DNA of 64,000 bases from Candidatus Multivorans sp. (GCA_965206765.1 OZ242222.1:129662-193661), one strand, 5' to 3'. Positions 33,574-45,847 are shown, counted from the first letter of the stretch. Numbers and translations: made by a program. Notes: a model not told the origin generated them from the sequence alone.

Positions 33574-36500
33574 TCAGGCGGTCGCCAACTGCTGCTCGGG
33601 GTGCATCTCGTCGACATCGACGCCGACGATCTTCGACACGCCCTGTTCCTCCATCGTGACGCCGTAGAGCGTGCTCGCGGCCTGCATCGTCAGCTTGTTG
33701 TGCGTGATGATGAGGAACTGGGTGACGGCCGACATCCGCTTCAGCATGTCGACGAAGCGCAGGATGTTTGCGTCGTCGAGCGGTGCGTCGACTTCGTCGA
33801 GGATGCAGAAGGGCGAAGGCTTGGTCTCGAACAGGGCGAACAGCAGAGCGATCGCGGCCAGCGCTTTCTCGCCGCCCGACAGCAGCATGATGTTCTGCGC
33901 CCGCTTTCCCGGCGGCCGTGCCGTGATCTCGATGCCGCAGTCCAGCGGGTCGTCCTCGTCCATCAGGCGCATCTCCGCTTCGCCGCCGCGGAACAGCTCC
34001 GTGAAGATGCGGCCGAAGCTCTCGTTGACCTCGCGGAAGGTTGCCACGAAGCGCTCGGATGAGGTCTTGTCGATGTCGCGGATCGTGCGCTTCAGACTCT
34101 CGATCGAGTGGGTGACGTCGGCCCGCTGCCCGGTCAGGAACTCGTGACGCTCCTGGTGCTCGTCGTACTCGTCGGCGGCGAGAACGTTGACCGGCCCCAT
34201 CCGCTCCAGCAGGGCCCGCCGGCGTCCCAGCTCCCCGGTCATCGCTTTCAGGTCGGGCGCCTCGTCGGCCCCGGCGGCCCGCAACTCCTGGCCAACCAGC
34301 TCGTCGCCGAACTCCTGGAGGTAGTCCTGGCCCAGGTGCTCCGACTCCTGCCGCAGGCCGGCCTGACGCACGCGCAGTTCCTCGATCCGGCCGCGCACTT
34401 CGTCGCGGCGGGCGTCGAGTTCCCGGAGTTGCGCCTCGAGCGTCCGGCCTTGTTCCCTCTGGTCGTCGAGGACGCGTTGGGCGCGGGCGGCTTCGTCCTG
34501 GGCATTCGTGCGCTCGGCGAGCGCCTCGTCCAGCTCGCGCCGAGCGTTCGCCGCGGCTGCTTCATGCTCGCTGATCCGCCCACGCAGTTGGTCCGTTTCG
34601 GCGGCCCAGGCCGCGTCGGCCTCGCGCAGCGAGGCGATCTGGCCTTCGACGCGCTCCCGCTCGCTGCGTTCCGAGGACGCGCGTTCTTCGATCAGGTCGA
34701 GCTGCCCCTGGAGCCCGGCGCCCGCGGTGATCCGCTCTTCGCGCTGCTTGCGGGCGCGCTCGACCGCGGCGCTCGCCTCGTCGGCCGCTTGTTCCAGGGT
34801 CGCAAGCCGGGTCTCGCAGTCCGCGACGTCCGTCTCGACCTTGGACCGCCTTGCCCCTCTCGTCTCGATCTGGCTCGCCAGCTCCTGATGCTCCGACTGC
34901 GTCGCGCTGTACTCGTGACGTAGAGCGCCGCGTCGCTCGCCGATGTCCTGGAGACGGGCCTTGGCCACAGCCAGTTGCTGGCGTAGTTCCGCGGCTGCGC
35001 GCTCCAGACGCTGGCCTTCGGTCGCGGCCTGACCCACACGCTCGCCGGCTGCTTCGATCTCCCTGGCGAGGTCCGACCGCCGTTGTTCCAGCTCGGCGAT
35101 GGAGCGTTCCAGGTCGTCCATCTCGCGCTGGCGGCCCAGGGCGCCCAGCGCCGCCTGTTCGCCGCGTACCGTGACGCGGCCGGCTTCGATCCAGAGCCGG
35201 TCCCGGCATAGGAAGGCAACGCCTGGATGGTCCGGCGCCAAACGCTCGGCATCCTCCGGGCTCTCGACCAGGTAGGCGGGAGGAAGGGCGCCGCGAGTTT
35301 CCTCGGGCAGTCCGAGCGCCGTGGCGAGGTCGCCGACGATTGCCGGATCTTCGACCGAAGGCAACAGCTTCGCGCCGTTGCCGGAGCGCAGCAAGGTGGC
35401 CTGGAAGTCGGAACCGCCGATGGAGCGGGCGATGGCCAGGGCGTCTTCGTCTCCGGGTGTCATGACGGCGTTGCGCAGCGGGCCGAGGAACAGATCGAGG
35501 CTGTGCTCCCAGCCCTCGGGAACCTGAACTTCGTCGCCCAGGAAGCGCGGCGCCGGAAGGCCCAGTTCGAGCAGAGCCTTGCGAATCTCGCTCCTTTCTT
35601 CGGCGTCGCGCTGGCCCAGTTCACCGAGCACGGCAGCCCTCTTCTGCGCCTCGACCAGTTCCTCGCGACAGGCCTCGAGTTCGACTTGGGCCTCCTGTCG
35701 CCGGTTTCGGTTCGCTTCGAGATCGGCCGCCACCCGTTGGGCGGTCCTGGTCTCGGCGGTCAGGGCGACATCCAGGGATTCGATCTTGGTCCGGACCGCC
35801 TCGACTTCGACATCGATGGCCTTGAGCGCATCCCGGTTGCGGTCGAGGATCTCCTCGGCCCGGTCGCGGCGGTCGACTGCCTTCTCGCTGCCGATGCGCT
35901 CGGCGATCAGTGTTCCGCGCAGCTCGCCCTGCCGCGCCCGGCAGGTGGCGAGCTCGTCGAGCAGCAGGCGCTGCCGCTTGCGGGCTTCCGCGATCGCGGC
36001 GTCGGCGTTGCCGATGCGCCGGCGGTCTTCCTGCACGTCGGCCAGGGCCTGCTCGCGCTTGGATTGGAGCATCCGGCGCCGGCCGAGGAGAGTGGCGAGC
36101 CGTTCTTCGGCCGCCGCGAGGTCGCGCCGCCGCCGTGCGGCGCTCACGCCGCCGGATTCGAGCCGTTCGGCGATCTCCGCGAGGGTGGTGCGGGCGCCCT
36201 TGATCAGTTCCTGGCGCCCCTCGATCACCGCGAGCAGCTTCGCCTGGTGCTCGTGGGAGCGCACGGCGTCCTCGGTGCGGGCGTCGATCACCTGCCGGCA
36301 GGCGGCGAGCTGCGCATTGGCGCGCGCGAGTTCGGCCAGCAGATCGGCTTCGCGGTCCGTGTCCTGCTTCAGGGTCGAGGCCAGGTCGTCCAGGTCTGCC
36401 TGGAGCCGAACCCAGCGCTCCTTGAGCACGGCGTCGAGCAGCTCGCGGTAGGCCTGCCGGCGTTCCCCGTAGCGGCGGGCGGCGTTCGCCTGCCGCTTCA

Positions 36501-37116
36501 GGGAGCGCAACTGGCGCTCCACCTCGGCGACGATGTCGTCCAGACGAAGCAGGTCGGCGGTGGCGTCCTCGAGCTTCAGTGCGGCGAGCCGCCTGCGGTT
36601 CTTGTAGCGGGTGATGCCTGCGGCCTCTTCGATCAGCTTGCGACGGTCCTGCGGTCTGCCGGACAGGATCATTCCGATCCGCCCCTGCTCGATCACGGAG
36701 TAGGCGCGGATACCCAGACCCGTGTCCATCAGGATGTCGCGGATGTCCTTGAGCCGGACGACCCGGTCGTTCAACCGGTACTGGCCCTCGCCGCCGCGGA
36801 AGATGCGGCGCCCGATCGTGATCCGGCCGTCCTCGGCCCGCTCGATGCTGCCGTCGGTGAGGAAGGAGAGGCTGACCTCGGCCATTCCCAGCGGCTTGCG
36901 CTGGTGGGTGCCGTTGAAGATGACCTCCTCCATGGAACTGCCGCGCAGCGACTTGGCGCTCTGCTCGCCCAGCACCCAGGTGATCGCCTCGGCCAAGTTG
37001 CTCTTGCCGCAGCCGTTCGGCCCGACGATCGCCGTGATTCCGGGCGCGAAGTGACTCGTCACCGGCTCGACGAAGGTCTTGAAGCCGCTAACCTCCAGGC
37101 ATTCCAGTTTGAGCAT
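33574..37116 (-). CDS. smc: chromosome segregation protein SMC
   Basis: 1180 aa. N-terminal Walker A GPNGCGKSN. Long coiled coils with a central hinge. C-terminal LSGGEKALAAIALLFA signature, DEVDAPLD Walker B and a conserved C-terminal tail. Confidence 0.9.
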   Translation of the reverse strand: MLKLECLEVSGFKTFVEPVTSHFAPGITAIVGPNGCGKSNLAEAITWVLGEQSAKSLRGSSMEEVIFNGTHQRKPLGMAEVSLSFLTDGSIERAEDGRITIGRRIFRGGEGQYRLNDRVVRLKDIRDILMDTGLGIRAYSVIEQGRIGMILSGRPQDRRKLIEEAAGITRYKNRRRLAALKLEDATADLLRLDDIVAEVERQLRSLKRQANAARRYGERRQAYRELLDAVLKERWVRLQADLDDLASTLKQDTDREADLLAELARANAQLAACRQVIDARTEDAVRSHEHQAKLLAVIEGRQELIKGARTTLAEIAERLESGGVSAARRRRDLAAAEERLATLLGRRRMLQSKREQALADVQEDRRRIGNADAAIAEARKRQRLLLDELATCRARQGELRGTLIAERIGSEKAVDRRDRAEEILDRNRDALKAIDVEVEAVRTKIESLDVALTAETRTAQRVAADLEANRNRRQEAQVELEACREELVEAQKRAAVLGELGQRDAEERSEIRKALLELGLPAPRFLGDEVQVPEGWEHSLDLFLGPLRNAVMTPGDEDALAIARSIGGSDFQATLLRSGNGAKLLPSVEDPAIVGDLATALGLPEETRGALPPAYLVESPEDAERLAPDHPGVAFLCRDRLWIEAGRVTVRGEQAALGALGRQREMDDLERSIAELEQRRSDLAREIEAAGERVGQAATEGQRLERAAAELRQQLAVAKARLQDIGERRGALRHEYSATQSEHQELASQIETRGARRSKVETDVADCETRLATLEQAADEASAAVERARKQREERITAGAGLQGQLDLIEERASSERSERERVEGQIASLREADAAWAAETDQLRGRISEHEAAAANARRELDEALAERTNAQDEAARAQRVLDDQREQGRTLEAQLRELDARRDEVRGRIEELRVRQAGLRQESEHLGQDYLQEFGDELVGQELRAAGADEAPDLKAMTGELGRRRALLERMGPVNVLAADEYDEHQERHEFLTGQRADVTHSIESLKRTIRDIDKTSSERFVATFREVNESFGRIFTELFRGGEAEMRLMDEDDPLDCGIEITARPPGKRAQNIMLLSGGEKALAAIALLFALFETKPSPFCILDEVDAPLDDANILRFVDMLKRMSAVTQFLIITHNKLTMQAASTLYGVTMEEQGVSKIVGVDVDEMHPEQQLATA

Positions 37117-37302
37117 GGCGTTGTTGTTTCAGCAGTGGCCGCGGCCGTCTCAGCAGTGGGCACGGCCGGCAGGGGAAGGAGACCCGTTGCCATGGGGGAA
37201 CTTAGCAGCTTTCGCGTATAAGTCACAACTCGTTGTGCCCGTGCCAGCCATGTTCCACAACATATGGCGCTTTCCTCTTTCGGCTGATACGCTCCCGCGC
37301 CA

Positions 37303-37857
37303 ATGAGCACTCTGACCGTCAAGAGGACGCTCTTCGACGCCCGCCAGATGGCGCGAATGATGCGCCGCATGGCAGCCGAGATCGTCGAGCGCGCCGGAGG
37401 CACTGAGGCGCTGATGCTGGTCGGCGTGCGCACCCGCGGTGTGCCGCTGGCGGACTTCGTCGCTGCCGAGATCGCCCGCACCGAGGGTGTCGAGGTGCCG
37501 GTCGGGGTGCTGGACATCACGCTCTACCGGGACGACCTGTCGACGATCGCGCCTCAACCTGTGGTCAAGGAAAGCGTGCTGCCGGTGCCGATCGACAACA
37601 AGATTCTCGTGCTCTGCGACGACGTGCTCTATAGCGGCCGGACGATCCGCGCGGCGATGGACGCGCTGATGGACTACGGCCGGCCGCGGGCCATCCGGCT
37701 CGCCGTGCTGATCGACCGAGGCCACCGGGAGCTGCCGATTCACGCCGACTGTGTCGGTGAGAACGTCCAGACCACGGACACCGAAGTGATCAAGGTCTCC
37801 TACGCCGCGACGGACGACGGCAAGGAGATGGTCGAGCTCCTCGAGCGCGAGGCGTGA
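37303..37857 (+). CDS. pyrR: bifunctional pyrimidine operon regulator/uracil phosphoribosyltransferase PyrR
   Basis: 184 aa. The PRPP-binding motif [22 protein letters not shown] is typical of PyrR. Confidence 0.85.
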   Translation: MSTLTVKRTLFDARQMARMMRRMAAEIVERAGGTEALMLVGVRTRGVPLADFVAAEIARTEGVEVPVGVLDITLYRDDLSTIAPQPVVKESVLPVPIDNKILVLCDDVLYSGRTIRAAMDALMDYGRPRAIRLAVLIDRGHRELPIHADCVGENVQTTDTEVIKVSYAATDDGKEMVELLEREA

Positions 37858-38807
37858 GCGACTTCAGGTGGCAGCGAGGCGACCTGCTTGGGGTCGCCGA
37901 GTTGTCCACAGCGGAGATCAATCACGTTCTCGACACCTCGGAGTCGTTCGTCGAGGTCGCGGCGCGGCCGATCAAGAAGGTGCCGACGCTGCGCGGCAAG
38001 ACGGTGATCAACCTCTTCTTCGAACCCTCGACACGGACCCGCTCCAGTTTCGAGATCGCCGAGAAGCGGCTCTCGGCCGACAACATCAACTTCTCGACTT
38101 CCGGGTCGTCGCTGTCCAAGGGGGAGACCCTCCTGGACACCACCCGCAACCTGGAGGCGATGGCGCCCGACCTGGTCGTCATCCGGCACGCGCACCCCCG
38201 GGTGCCTCACGGTCTCGCGGCGCGCATCGGTGCGGGGGTCATCAACGCCGGCGACGGCGCCCACGAGCATCCGACCCAGGCGTTGCTCGACGCCTTCACG
38301 ATCCGCCGGCACAAGGGCCGCCTGGAGGGCCTCAAGGTGGCGATCGTCGGTGACGTGGCGCACAGCCGCGTGGTGCGTTCGAACGTCCTCTGCCTGAGCA
38401 AGCTGGGCGCCGAGGTCACGGTCGCCGGTCCGCGCACGATGATGCCCGAGGCGCCCGAAGCGCTCGGCGCGCGGGTTGCCTACTCGCTGGAGGAAGCGAT
38501 TTGCGGCGCGGACGTGATCATGATGCTGCGGGTGCAGTTGGAGCGGCAGGCGCGTGCCTCCTTCCCCTCGGAGCGCGAGTACTTCGAATTCTTCGGTCTC
38601 ACGGCGGACCGGTTGCGAGCCGCGAAGGACGACGCGATCATCATGCACCCGGGGCCGATGAACCGCGGCATCGAGATCGCGAGCGAGGTGGCGGACGGCC
38701 CCTGGTCGGTGATCCTCGAGCAGGTGGCGAACGGCGTCGCGGTGCGCATGGCGGTGCTCTATCTGCTGGCCGGGGTCAAGGCTGACGTGGATGGGTCTGT
38801 GACTTGA
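37854..38807 (+). CDS. pyrB: aspartate carbamoyltransferase catalytic subunit
   Basis: The STRTR and HPTQALLD motifs are present. GTG start overlaps the pyrR stop (GTGA). Confidence 0.9.
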   Translation: MSDFRWQRGDLLGVAELSTAEINHVLDTSESFVEVAARPIKKVPTLRGKTVINLFFEPSTRTRSSFEIAEKRLSADNINFSTSGSSLSKGETLLDTTRNLEAMAPDLVVIRHAHPRVPHGLAARIGAGVINAGDGAHEHPTQALLDAFTIRRHKGRLEGLKVAIVGDVAHSRVVRSNVLCLSKLGAEVTVAGPRTMMPEAPEALGARVAYSLEEAICGADVIMMLRVQLERQARASFPSEREYFEFFGLTADRLRAAKDDAIIMHPGPMNRGIEIASEVADGPWSVILEQVANGVAVRMAVLYLLAGVKADVDGSVT

Positions 38808-38817
38808 CGGGGACGAC

Positions 38818-40107
38818 TTGAACCGGGCGTTGCTCATCCGTGGCGGTCGGGTCGTGGATCCGAGCCAGGAGCTCGACGGCCGGGCCGATGTTCTGATCGA
38901 GGACGGCGTGGTGACGGCGTGCGGCCCGGCGTTCGAGACGCCGGACGGAGCGCGGGAGGTCGACGCCACCGGGTTGGTGGTCACGCCGGGCCTCATCGAC
39001 ATGCACGTCCACCTGCGCGAGCCGGGGCAGGAGTACAAGGAGACGATCGAGAGCGGCACGCGCGCGGCCGCCGCGGGCGGCTTCACCGCGGTCGCCTGCA
39101 TGCCGAACACGGCGCCGGTGAACGACGATTCGTCGGTCACCGAGTTCATCCTCACCCAGGCGCAGCGGGCCGGGTGGGCCCGGGTCCATCCGATCGCCGC
39201 GGTGAGCAAGGGGCTCGAGGGCCGGGAACTGACGGAGTTCGGCGCTCAGCGGCGGGCCGGCGCGGTGGCGCTGTCGGACGACGGGCGACCGGTATGGAAC
39301 ACGGCTCTCATGCGGCAGGCGCTGCGCTACGCCCGGCACTTCGACCTGCCGCTGATCCAGCACGCGGAGGAACTCGCTCTCTCGGGTGACGGGGTGATGC
39401 ACGAAGGCCGGTTCTCGACCCGGCTCGGCGTGCCCGGGATTCCCGGCGCCGCCGACGACGTGATGGTCTGCCGCGACCTCCTGCTCACCGCCGACACCGG
39501 TGGCCGCTACCACCTGGCGCACATGTCGACCGCTCGCAGCCTGGAGATGATCCGGGGCGCGAAGGGGCGTGGCTACCGCGTCACGGGCGAGGTCTCGGCC
39601 CATCACCTGCTGCTGTGCGACGAGGACGTGTACGACTCGGGCCTCGATCCCGACTTCAAGATGCACCCGCCGCTGCGCGGCGCGGCCGCCCGCGACGCTC
39701 TGGTCGAGGGCATCGCCGACGGCTCGATCGACGCGATCGCCAGCGACCACGCGCCCCATCACCCGGACGAGAAGGAACTCGACTTCGTGGCGGCGCCGAA
39801 CGGAGTGGTGGGGCTCGAGACGACGCTCAGTCTGTGCCTGGACCGCCTGGTGGGGAAGGGAGTGATCGATCTGACCCGGCTGGTCGAGGCGCTATCGGTG
39901 GCGCCGGCCCGGATCCTCGGTGTTGCGGGCGGCAGCCTGGCGCCCGGCGCCGCCGGCGATGTGACCCTGATCGACCTGGACCGCGAAGTCGAGGTCGACC
40001 CGGTCGCCTTCCGCAGCAAGTCGCGCAACACGCCCTTCGCGGGCTGGAAGCTCAAGGGCGCTCCGGCCGGCACGATCGTGGGCGGTCGCGTGATCGAGTT
40101 GCCGTAG
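38818..40107 (+). CDS. pyrC: dihydroorotase (multifunctional-complex type)
   Basis: The DMHVHLREPG metal-binding HxH motif. 429 aa. TTG start 10 nt after the pyrB stop. Confidence 0.85.
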   Translation: MNRALLIRGGRVVDPSQELDGRADVLIEDGVVTACGPAFETPDGAREVDATGLVVTPGLIDMHVHLREPGQEYKETIESGTRAAAAGGFTAVACMPNTAPVNDDSSVTEFILTQAQRAGWARVHPIAAVSKGLEGRELTEFGAQRRAGAVALSDDGRPVWNTALMRQALRYARHFDLPLIQHAEELALSGDGVMHEGRFSTRLGVPGIPGAADDVMVCRDLLLTADTGGRYHLAHMSTARSLEMIRGAKGRGYRVTGEVSAHHLLLCDEDVYDSGLDPDFKMHPPLRGAAARDALVEGIADGSIDAIASDHAPHHPDEKELDFVAAPNGVVGLETTLSLCLDRLVGKGVIDLTRLVEALSVAPARILGVAGGSLAPGAAGDVTLIDLDREVEVDPVAFRSKSRNTPFAGWKLKGAPAGTIVGGRVIELP

Positions 40108-40147
40108 CGGCGCTACGCTACCTTTCGGCGGCGGACGGGCCTGAATC

Positions 40148-41641
40148 ATGAAAGACCGAGCAGCAGTCAAGCGGCGTGTCGTCGTCGTCGGCGCGGGCAA
40201 CGCGGCGCTGTGCGCGGCGCTCTCGGCGCGGGAGAGCGGGGCGGCGGTGACGGTGCTGGAACGCGCGCCGCGAAGCGAGCACGGCGGCAACAGCCGGTTC
40301 ACGATGGCGTCCATGCGCTTCGCGTACGGCGGCGTTGACGAGCTGCAGGAGGTGGCGGGCCAACTGAGCGCCGAAGAGACCTCTGCGAGCGACTTCGGGT
40401 CGTACCCCGAGCGTCAGTTCGGCCGTGATCTGGAACGGATGAGTGGCGGGCGGGCCGACCCGGATCTGGTCCGGGCCCTGGTCGCTCGAAGCCGTCCGAC
40501 GCTCCGCTGGATGCGTGGACTGGGCGTTGAGTTCGTGCCGCTGTATGCGGGCCAGGCCTTCGAGGTCGGCGGCAAGCACCGGTTCTGGGGCGGTCTGACC
40601 CTGCAGGCGCGGGGCGGCGGTCCCGGCCTGGTGGCGTCGCTGCAGCGGGCAGCGGAGCGGGCCGGCATCGAGATGCTGTACGGGTGCCGCGCGGTCGGGT
40701 TGGTCGCTGATGGTGCGGCGGTTCGGGGGGTCAAGGTCGAGGGACCGTCGGGCGCCCGCTCGCTGCCGGCGCACGCCGTGGTGCTGGCCAGCGGCGGTTT
40801 CGAGGCGAACCGCGAGTGGCGGCGACGGCACCTCGGTGAGGGTTGGGAAGCGGCCAAGGTGCGCGGCAGTCGCTACAACACGGGCGACGGCATTCGGATG
40901 GCGCTCGAGGCGGGCGCGGCGCGCGCCGGGCAGTGGACGGGCTGTCACGCGGTCGCCTGGGACCTGAACGCCCCCGAGGTCGGCAATCTCGAGGTCCGGC
41001 ACCGGTACCAGAAGCACAGCTATCCGCTCGGCATCGTCGTCAACGCCCGCGGCGAACGCTTCCTCGACGAGGGCGCGGACTTTCGGAACTACACCTACGC
41101 CCGCTACGGCCGCAAGGTGCTGGAGCAGCCGGGACGGTTCGCGTGGCAGGTCTTCGACGCCCAGGTCGCCGACCTGCTGCGGGACGAGTACCGCCAGCCG
41201 CATGCGAGCCGGGTGACCGCCGACTCGGTCGAGGAACTCGCCGGCCGGCTCGAGGGCGTCGACAAGGAGGGGTTCCTCCGCACGGTGCGGGATTTCAACG
41301 CCGCCGTACGGCGGGACGTGCCCTTCGACCCCAGCGTTCGGGACGGCCGCTCGACCCGCGGTCTCGAACCGGCCAAGTCGAATTGGGCCAACCCGCTGGA
41401 GCAGCCTCCCTTCGAGGCCTTCGCCGTGACCTGCGGCATCACCTTCACGTTCGGCGGTCTGGCGGTGGATCCGAACGCCAGGGTGCTGGATGGAACCGGG
41501 CGGCCGATTCCGGGCCTGTTCGCGGCCGGCGAGCTGGTCGGGGGACTGTTCTACGACAACTATCCCGGCGGTTCCGGCCTGACCGCGGGCGCCGTCTTCG
41601 GCCGGATTGCCGGCGCCGGGGCGGCGGGACTCGATGGCTGA
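40148..41641 (+). CDS. FAD-dependent oxidoreductase of the fumarate reductase/succinate dehydrogenase flavoprotein superfamily (TcuA-like)
   Basis: VVVVGAGNAALCAALSARESGAAVTVLERAPRSEHGGNSRFT closely matches the TcuA-type dinucleotide-binding N-terminus. Confidence 0.7.
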   Translation: MKDRAAVKRRVVVVGAGNAALCAALSARESGAAVTVLERAPRSEHGGNSRFTMASMRFAYGGVDELQEVAGQLSAEETSASDFGSYPERQFGRDLERMSGGRADPDLVRALVARSRPTLRWMRGLGVEFVPLYAGQAFEVGGKHRFWGGLTLQARGGGPGLVASLQRAAERAGIEMLYGCRAVGLVADGAAVRGVKVEGPSGARSLPAHAVVLASGGFEANREWRRRHLGEGWEAAKVRGSRYNTGDGIRMALEAGAARAGQWTGCHAVAWDLNAPEVGNLEVRHRYQKHSYPLGIVVNARGERFLDEGADFRNYTYARYGRKVLEQPGRFAWQVFDAQVADLLRDEYRQPHASRVTADSVEELAGRLEGVDKEGFLRTVRDFNAAVRRDVPFDPSVRDGRSTRGLEPAKSNWANPLEQPPFEAFAVTCGITFTFGGLAVDPNARVLDGTGRPIPGLFAAGELVGGLFYDNYPGGSGLTAGAVFGRIAGAGAAGLDG

Positions 41642-42683
41642 CCGACGCTTGAGCGGCGACTCCCGACTCGGGGAGATCCAGTTCCACGGCCCGCGGGGCA
41701 GGGTGCGCTACCTGACGGTGACGAGGTTGTGGCTGCAGCTTGTCGTTGCCGTGGCCATCGTCTTCTTCACCTTCTTCGTCAACGCCGTCGTGGCCGCGCC
41801 GACTGTGGTGCGCGTCGAGTTGTTCCGGGCCGACCAGGTCGAGCTCGCCTCTGCGCGCCAACGCTTCGGTGAGAGGTTCGAGGCGCTCGCGGCGCGCTAC
41901 AGGGAGATGCAGCAGGTCGCCTCCGATCTGGACGACCGTCTCTGCAAGGTCGTGCAGGCCTACGGCGTCGAGGGGCCGGCCGCCGAGGGCTGCGGCCGGC
42001 CGGCCGAGCTGGTGGCCACGCCGGGAGCGACGATCACTGAAGAGCAGGTACGGGCGGTGCGAACCGCGATCGAGGAAGATCTGGAGGGGGTCGCCAGTCG
42101 TTTCGCAAGCCGGCTGGCGGCCGCGGTCGAGGTCGAGTCCTCACGGCCTGACCTGGTCGAGTTGACGCCGTCCGCGTCTCCGCTACGCGGCGACGATTTC
42201 GTTCTCGTCGTCCCCTTCGGGGAAACCACGAACCGGGTGACCGGGGCGGCCGAGTTTCACGACGGCGTCGATCTCGCGGCTTCGGCCGGCGCGCCGGTCC
42301 GGGCCACCGCCGCTGGCAGGGTGACTTTCGCCGGCCGCGGCGCCGACCTGGGACCTGCGTGGAGACGGTACGGCCGCGTGCTGGGGATCCGCCACGGCGA
42401 CGGCTTCATCACCCTCTTCGGTCACCTGGAAGCCACCGAGATCCGCGCTGGACAGAGTGTCGAGAGGGGCCAGAGAATCGGCACGGTCGGGGAGACCGGC
42501 TGGAGCGTGGAGCCGAACCTGCACTATGGCGTCCTTCGCCGCCGGAGCGATGGGAGCTACGAACCCGTCGACCCGCGGATCCACATCCTCGACTACCGCT
42601 GGCGTGACGAGCAGGCCCTGGTTTCCGGGGTTGCGCGGGCGCCGGACGGCTTCCCGCCGATTCCGGCGACGCTTCTGAGATAG
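41634..42683 (+). CDS. M23 family metallopeptidase (LytM-like) with an N-terminal membrane anchor
   Basis: HDGVDLAA...GRV.FAG and GHLEATEIRAGQSVERGQRIGTVGETGWSVEPNLHYGV are the HxxxD...HxH M23 motifs. The internal ATG at 41634 precedes the TM helix LWLQLVVAVAIVFFTFFV. Confidence 0.75.
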   Translation: MADRRLSGDSRLGEIQFHGPRGRVRYLTVTRLWLQLVVAVAIVFFTFFVNAVVAAPTVVRVELFRADQVELASARQRFGERFEALAARYREMQQVASDLDDRLCKVVQAYGVEGPAAEGCGRPAELVATPGATITEEQVRAVRTAIEEDLEGVASRFASRLAAAVEVESSRPDLVELTPSASPLRGDDFVLVVPFGETTNRVTGAAEFHDGVDLAASAGAPVRATAAGRVTFAGRGADLGPAWRRYGRVLGIRHGDGFITLFGHLEATEIRAGQSVERGQRIGTVGETGWSVEPNLHYGVLRRRSDGSYEPVDPRIHILDYRWRDEQALVSGVARAPDGFPPIPATLLR

Positions 42684-42772
42684 GCGGCGTTCCTGGGATA
42701 GAAAGGCGCGTTCCGCACAGGACCACGAGCAGACGACAGGGGTGAGCCGCGTATGAAGTCGGGAGTGAGCGC

Positions 42773-43453
42773 ATGAAGTATCGGGCAGTGCTCTTCGATT
42801 TGGGGGGCGTCGTCTTTGGCTCGCCCCTGCATGCGATCCGGCGCTACGAACGAGCGAACGGGATCGAGGAGAACTTCGTCAACCGCCTGGTCGTGTCGGC
42901 CGGCCCGGAGGGTTCGTGGCAGCGGATGGAGCGGGGCGAGCTGGTCATGGGGCCGGGCTTCTTCGCCGCTTTCGACCGCGACGTGAAGGCCGCCGACCCG
43001 GAAGTTGCCGAGCGGTTCTCGGCCGAGGACATGATGGCGGCGATCGCCGAGGAGTTGGGGCCGCGGCCGCAGATGATCGACGCGCTGCGGCGGCTGCGGG
43101 CCGACGGCTACACGGTGGCGGCGTTGACCAACAACTGGGTCAGCGAGGAGGAACGGGAACCGAAGGACGCCGGGGAGGTCGCGATGCGGGCGGAAGTTCG
43201 GGCCCTGTTCGATGAGTACATCGAATCGAGCGTCGTCGGCCTGCGCAAACCGGATCCCGCGATCTACCGCCTGGCCTGCGGTCGGATCGGCGTCGAGTTC
43301 AGTGAGGCGGTGTTCCTGGACGACATCGGATCGAACCTGAAGACGGCGCGCGCGCTCGGCATGACCACGATCAAGGTCGACGATCCGGACGACGCCCTGG
43401 CCGAGCTGTGGCGGACGCTGGACGGCTTGTCTACTCCGGCAGGGCGAACGTGA
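42773..43453 (+). CDS. HAD-superfamily hydrolase
   Basis: MKYRAVLFDLGGVVF is the DxD/G motif I. A later conserved K and a DD motif (FLDDIGSNL) are present. Confidence 0.7.
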   Translation: MKYRAVLFDLGGVVFGSPLHAIRRYERANGIEENFVNRLVVSAGPEGSWQRMERGELVMGPGFFAAFDRDVKAADPEVAERFSAEDMMAAIAEELGPRPQMIDALRRLRADGYTVAALTNNWVSEEEREPKDAGEVAMRAEVRALFDEYIESSVVGLRKPDPAIYRLACGRIGVEFSEAVFLDDIGSNLKTARALGMTTIKVDDPDDALAELWRTLDGLSTPAGRT

Positions 43454-44228
43454 GATCGACCATGGCGGTGAGGCCGTCGAGCAGGGTGACGGGGGACTTC
43501 AGGGCGCCGAGGCGTTCGTGCCAGGCCTCGATCTCGTAGGTGCCGGCCGGCAGGCCGGGAATCTCGAACGAGCCGTCGGGCCCGGTGACGGCGAAGTAGG
43601 GGTGGTTGAACACGCCTAGGTAGGTCGACATCCACGGGTGGACGTCGCACTTGATCCGGAAGGCCGGCTCCTCGTCGGTGAACGAGAAGGTGGCGCGCTT
43701 GATGGCGCCCGGCATCGCGCGGTTGAAGGGCCGGTTGACCTCGGACAGCGAGTGGACGTTGTGCAGCAGTTCATCGGAGTTGAGGACCTCCAACTCCTGG
43801 CCGACCATGATGCCGGCGACGTGGGGGGTGTAGCGGCATCCACGCTGGTCGATAACGGTTGGCGCCGCCAGCGGATACGGGCCCCCGGGGAGGCCGCTGG
43901 TCACGTAGACCAGGACGTTGGCCAGGCCGGCCTGTTCGTCGACCTCGAGAATCTCGGGGAACACGGCCTCGGTGTGCTTGGCGGCGCAGGCCGGGTCCGC
44001 GTCCATGTTGAGCGGCCGCAGCTCGGGCAGTGTCCCGTCGTAGCGGATGGCGCCGGCGATCGTGCTGCCGCCGATGGGCGCCGTGGGCGGCGCCTCGGCT
44101 TCCGGGGCAGCCTGGTCGGCGCCGCCGCCCGTGCCGCCGCCGCAGCCGGTCAGGACGAGGGGAAACAGGAGCAGGAGGAGCGTCGCGGGCGGAAGGCGGC
44201 GAAACGAGCGAAGCGGGAGATTGATCAT
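43431..44228 (-). CDS. lipoprotein with cupredoxin-like Cu-site motif (H...C-x2-H-x2-M) within a transthyretin/CarboxypepD_reg-like sandwich
   Basis: Lipobox LVLTGC. Residues LLHNVHSL and then, about 48 aa later, KCDVHPWM (amicyanin-type C-x-x-H-x-x-M loop). C-terminal DGSFEIPGLPAGTYEIEA. Paralog of 47899..48624. Confidence 0.5.
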   Translation of the reverse strand: MINLPLRSFRRLPPATLLLLLFPLVLTGCGGGTGGGADQAAPEAEAPPTAPIGGSTIAGAIRYDGTLPELRPLNMDADPACAAKHTEAVFPEILEVDEQAGLANVLVYVTSGLPGGPYPLAAPTVIDQRGCRYTPHVAGIMVGQELEVLNSDELLHNVHSLSEVNRPFNRAMPGAIKRATFSFTDEEPAFRIKCDVHPWMSTYLGVFNHPYFAVTGPDGSFEIPGLPAGTYEIEAWHERLGALKSPVTLLDGLTAMVDLTFALPE

Positions 44229-44385
44229 GGCGCCATTCTACGGGCCCGTGGCTGAGAACGAACGGCCGAAATTCGCGTTCTTCGGGCCGGATTCCTTGAC
44301 CCGGATGGGGGCCGGTGTTAGCTTCCGCGCGATTCGTGGCCCGGCCCGCTCTTGAGGGTGCCGCCGCCCTACTTGTAAGCCCTCG

Positions 44386-45846
<1,461 letters not shown>

Positions 45847-45847
45847 C

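Noticed and set aside
18765-37221. Numerous long ORFs on the strand opposite to the RND, SMC, P-array and other genes (e.g. 18765..20360, 24708..25844, 29639..31264, 35227..37221)
   Set aside because: These are high-GC antisense artefacts: low-complexity Arg/Gly/Ala-rich translations with no motifs, fully overlapped by strongly supported genes.
43431-44385. ActA/ActB genes expected immediately upstream of actC
   Set aside because: The upstream gene is on the opposite strand and encodes a small lipoprotein without heme (CxxCH) or Fe-S cysteine clusters. The ACIII catalytic subunits are simply not in this window.
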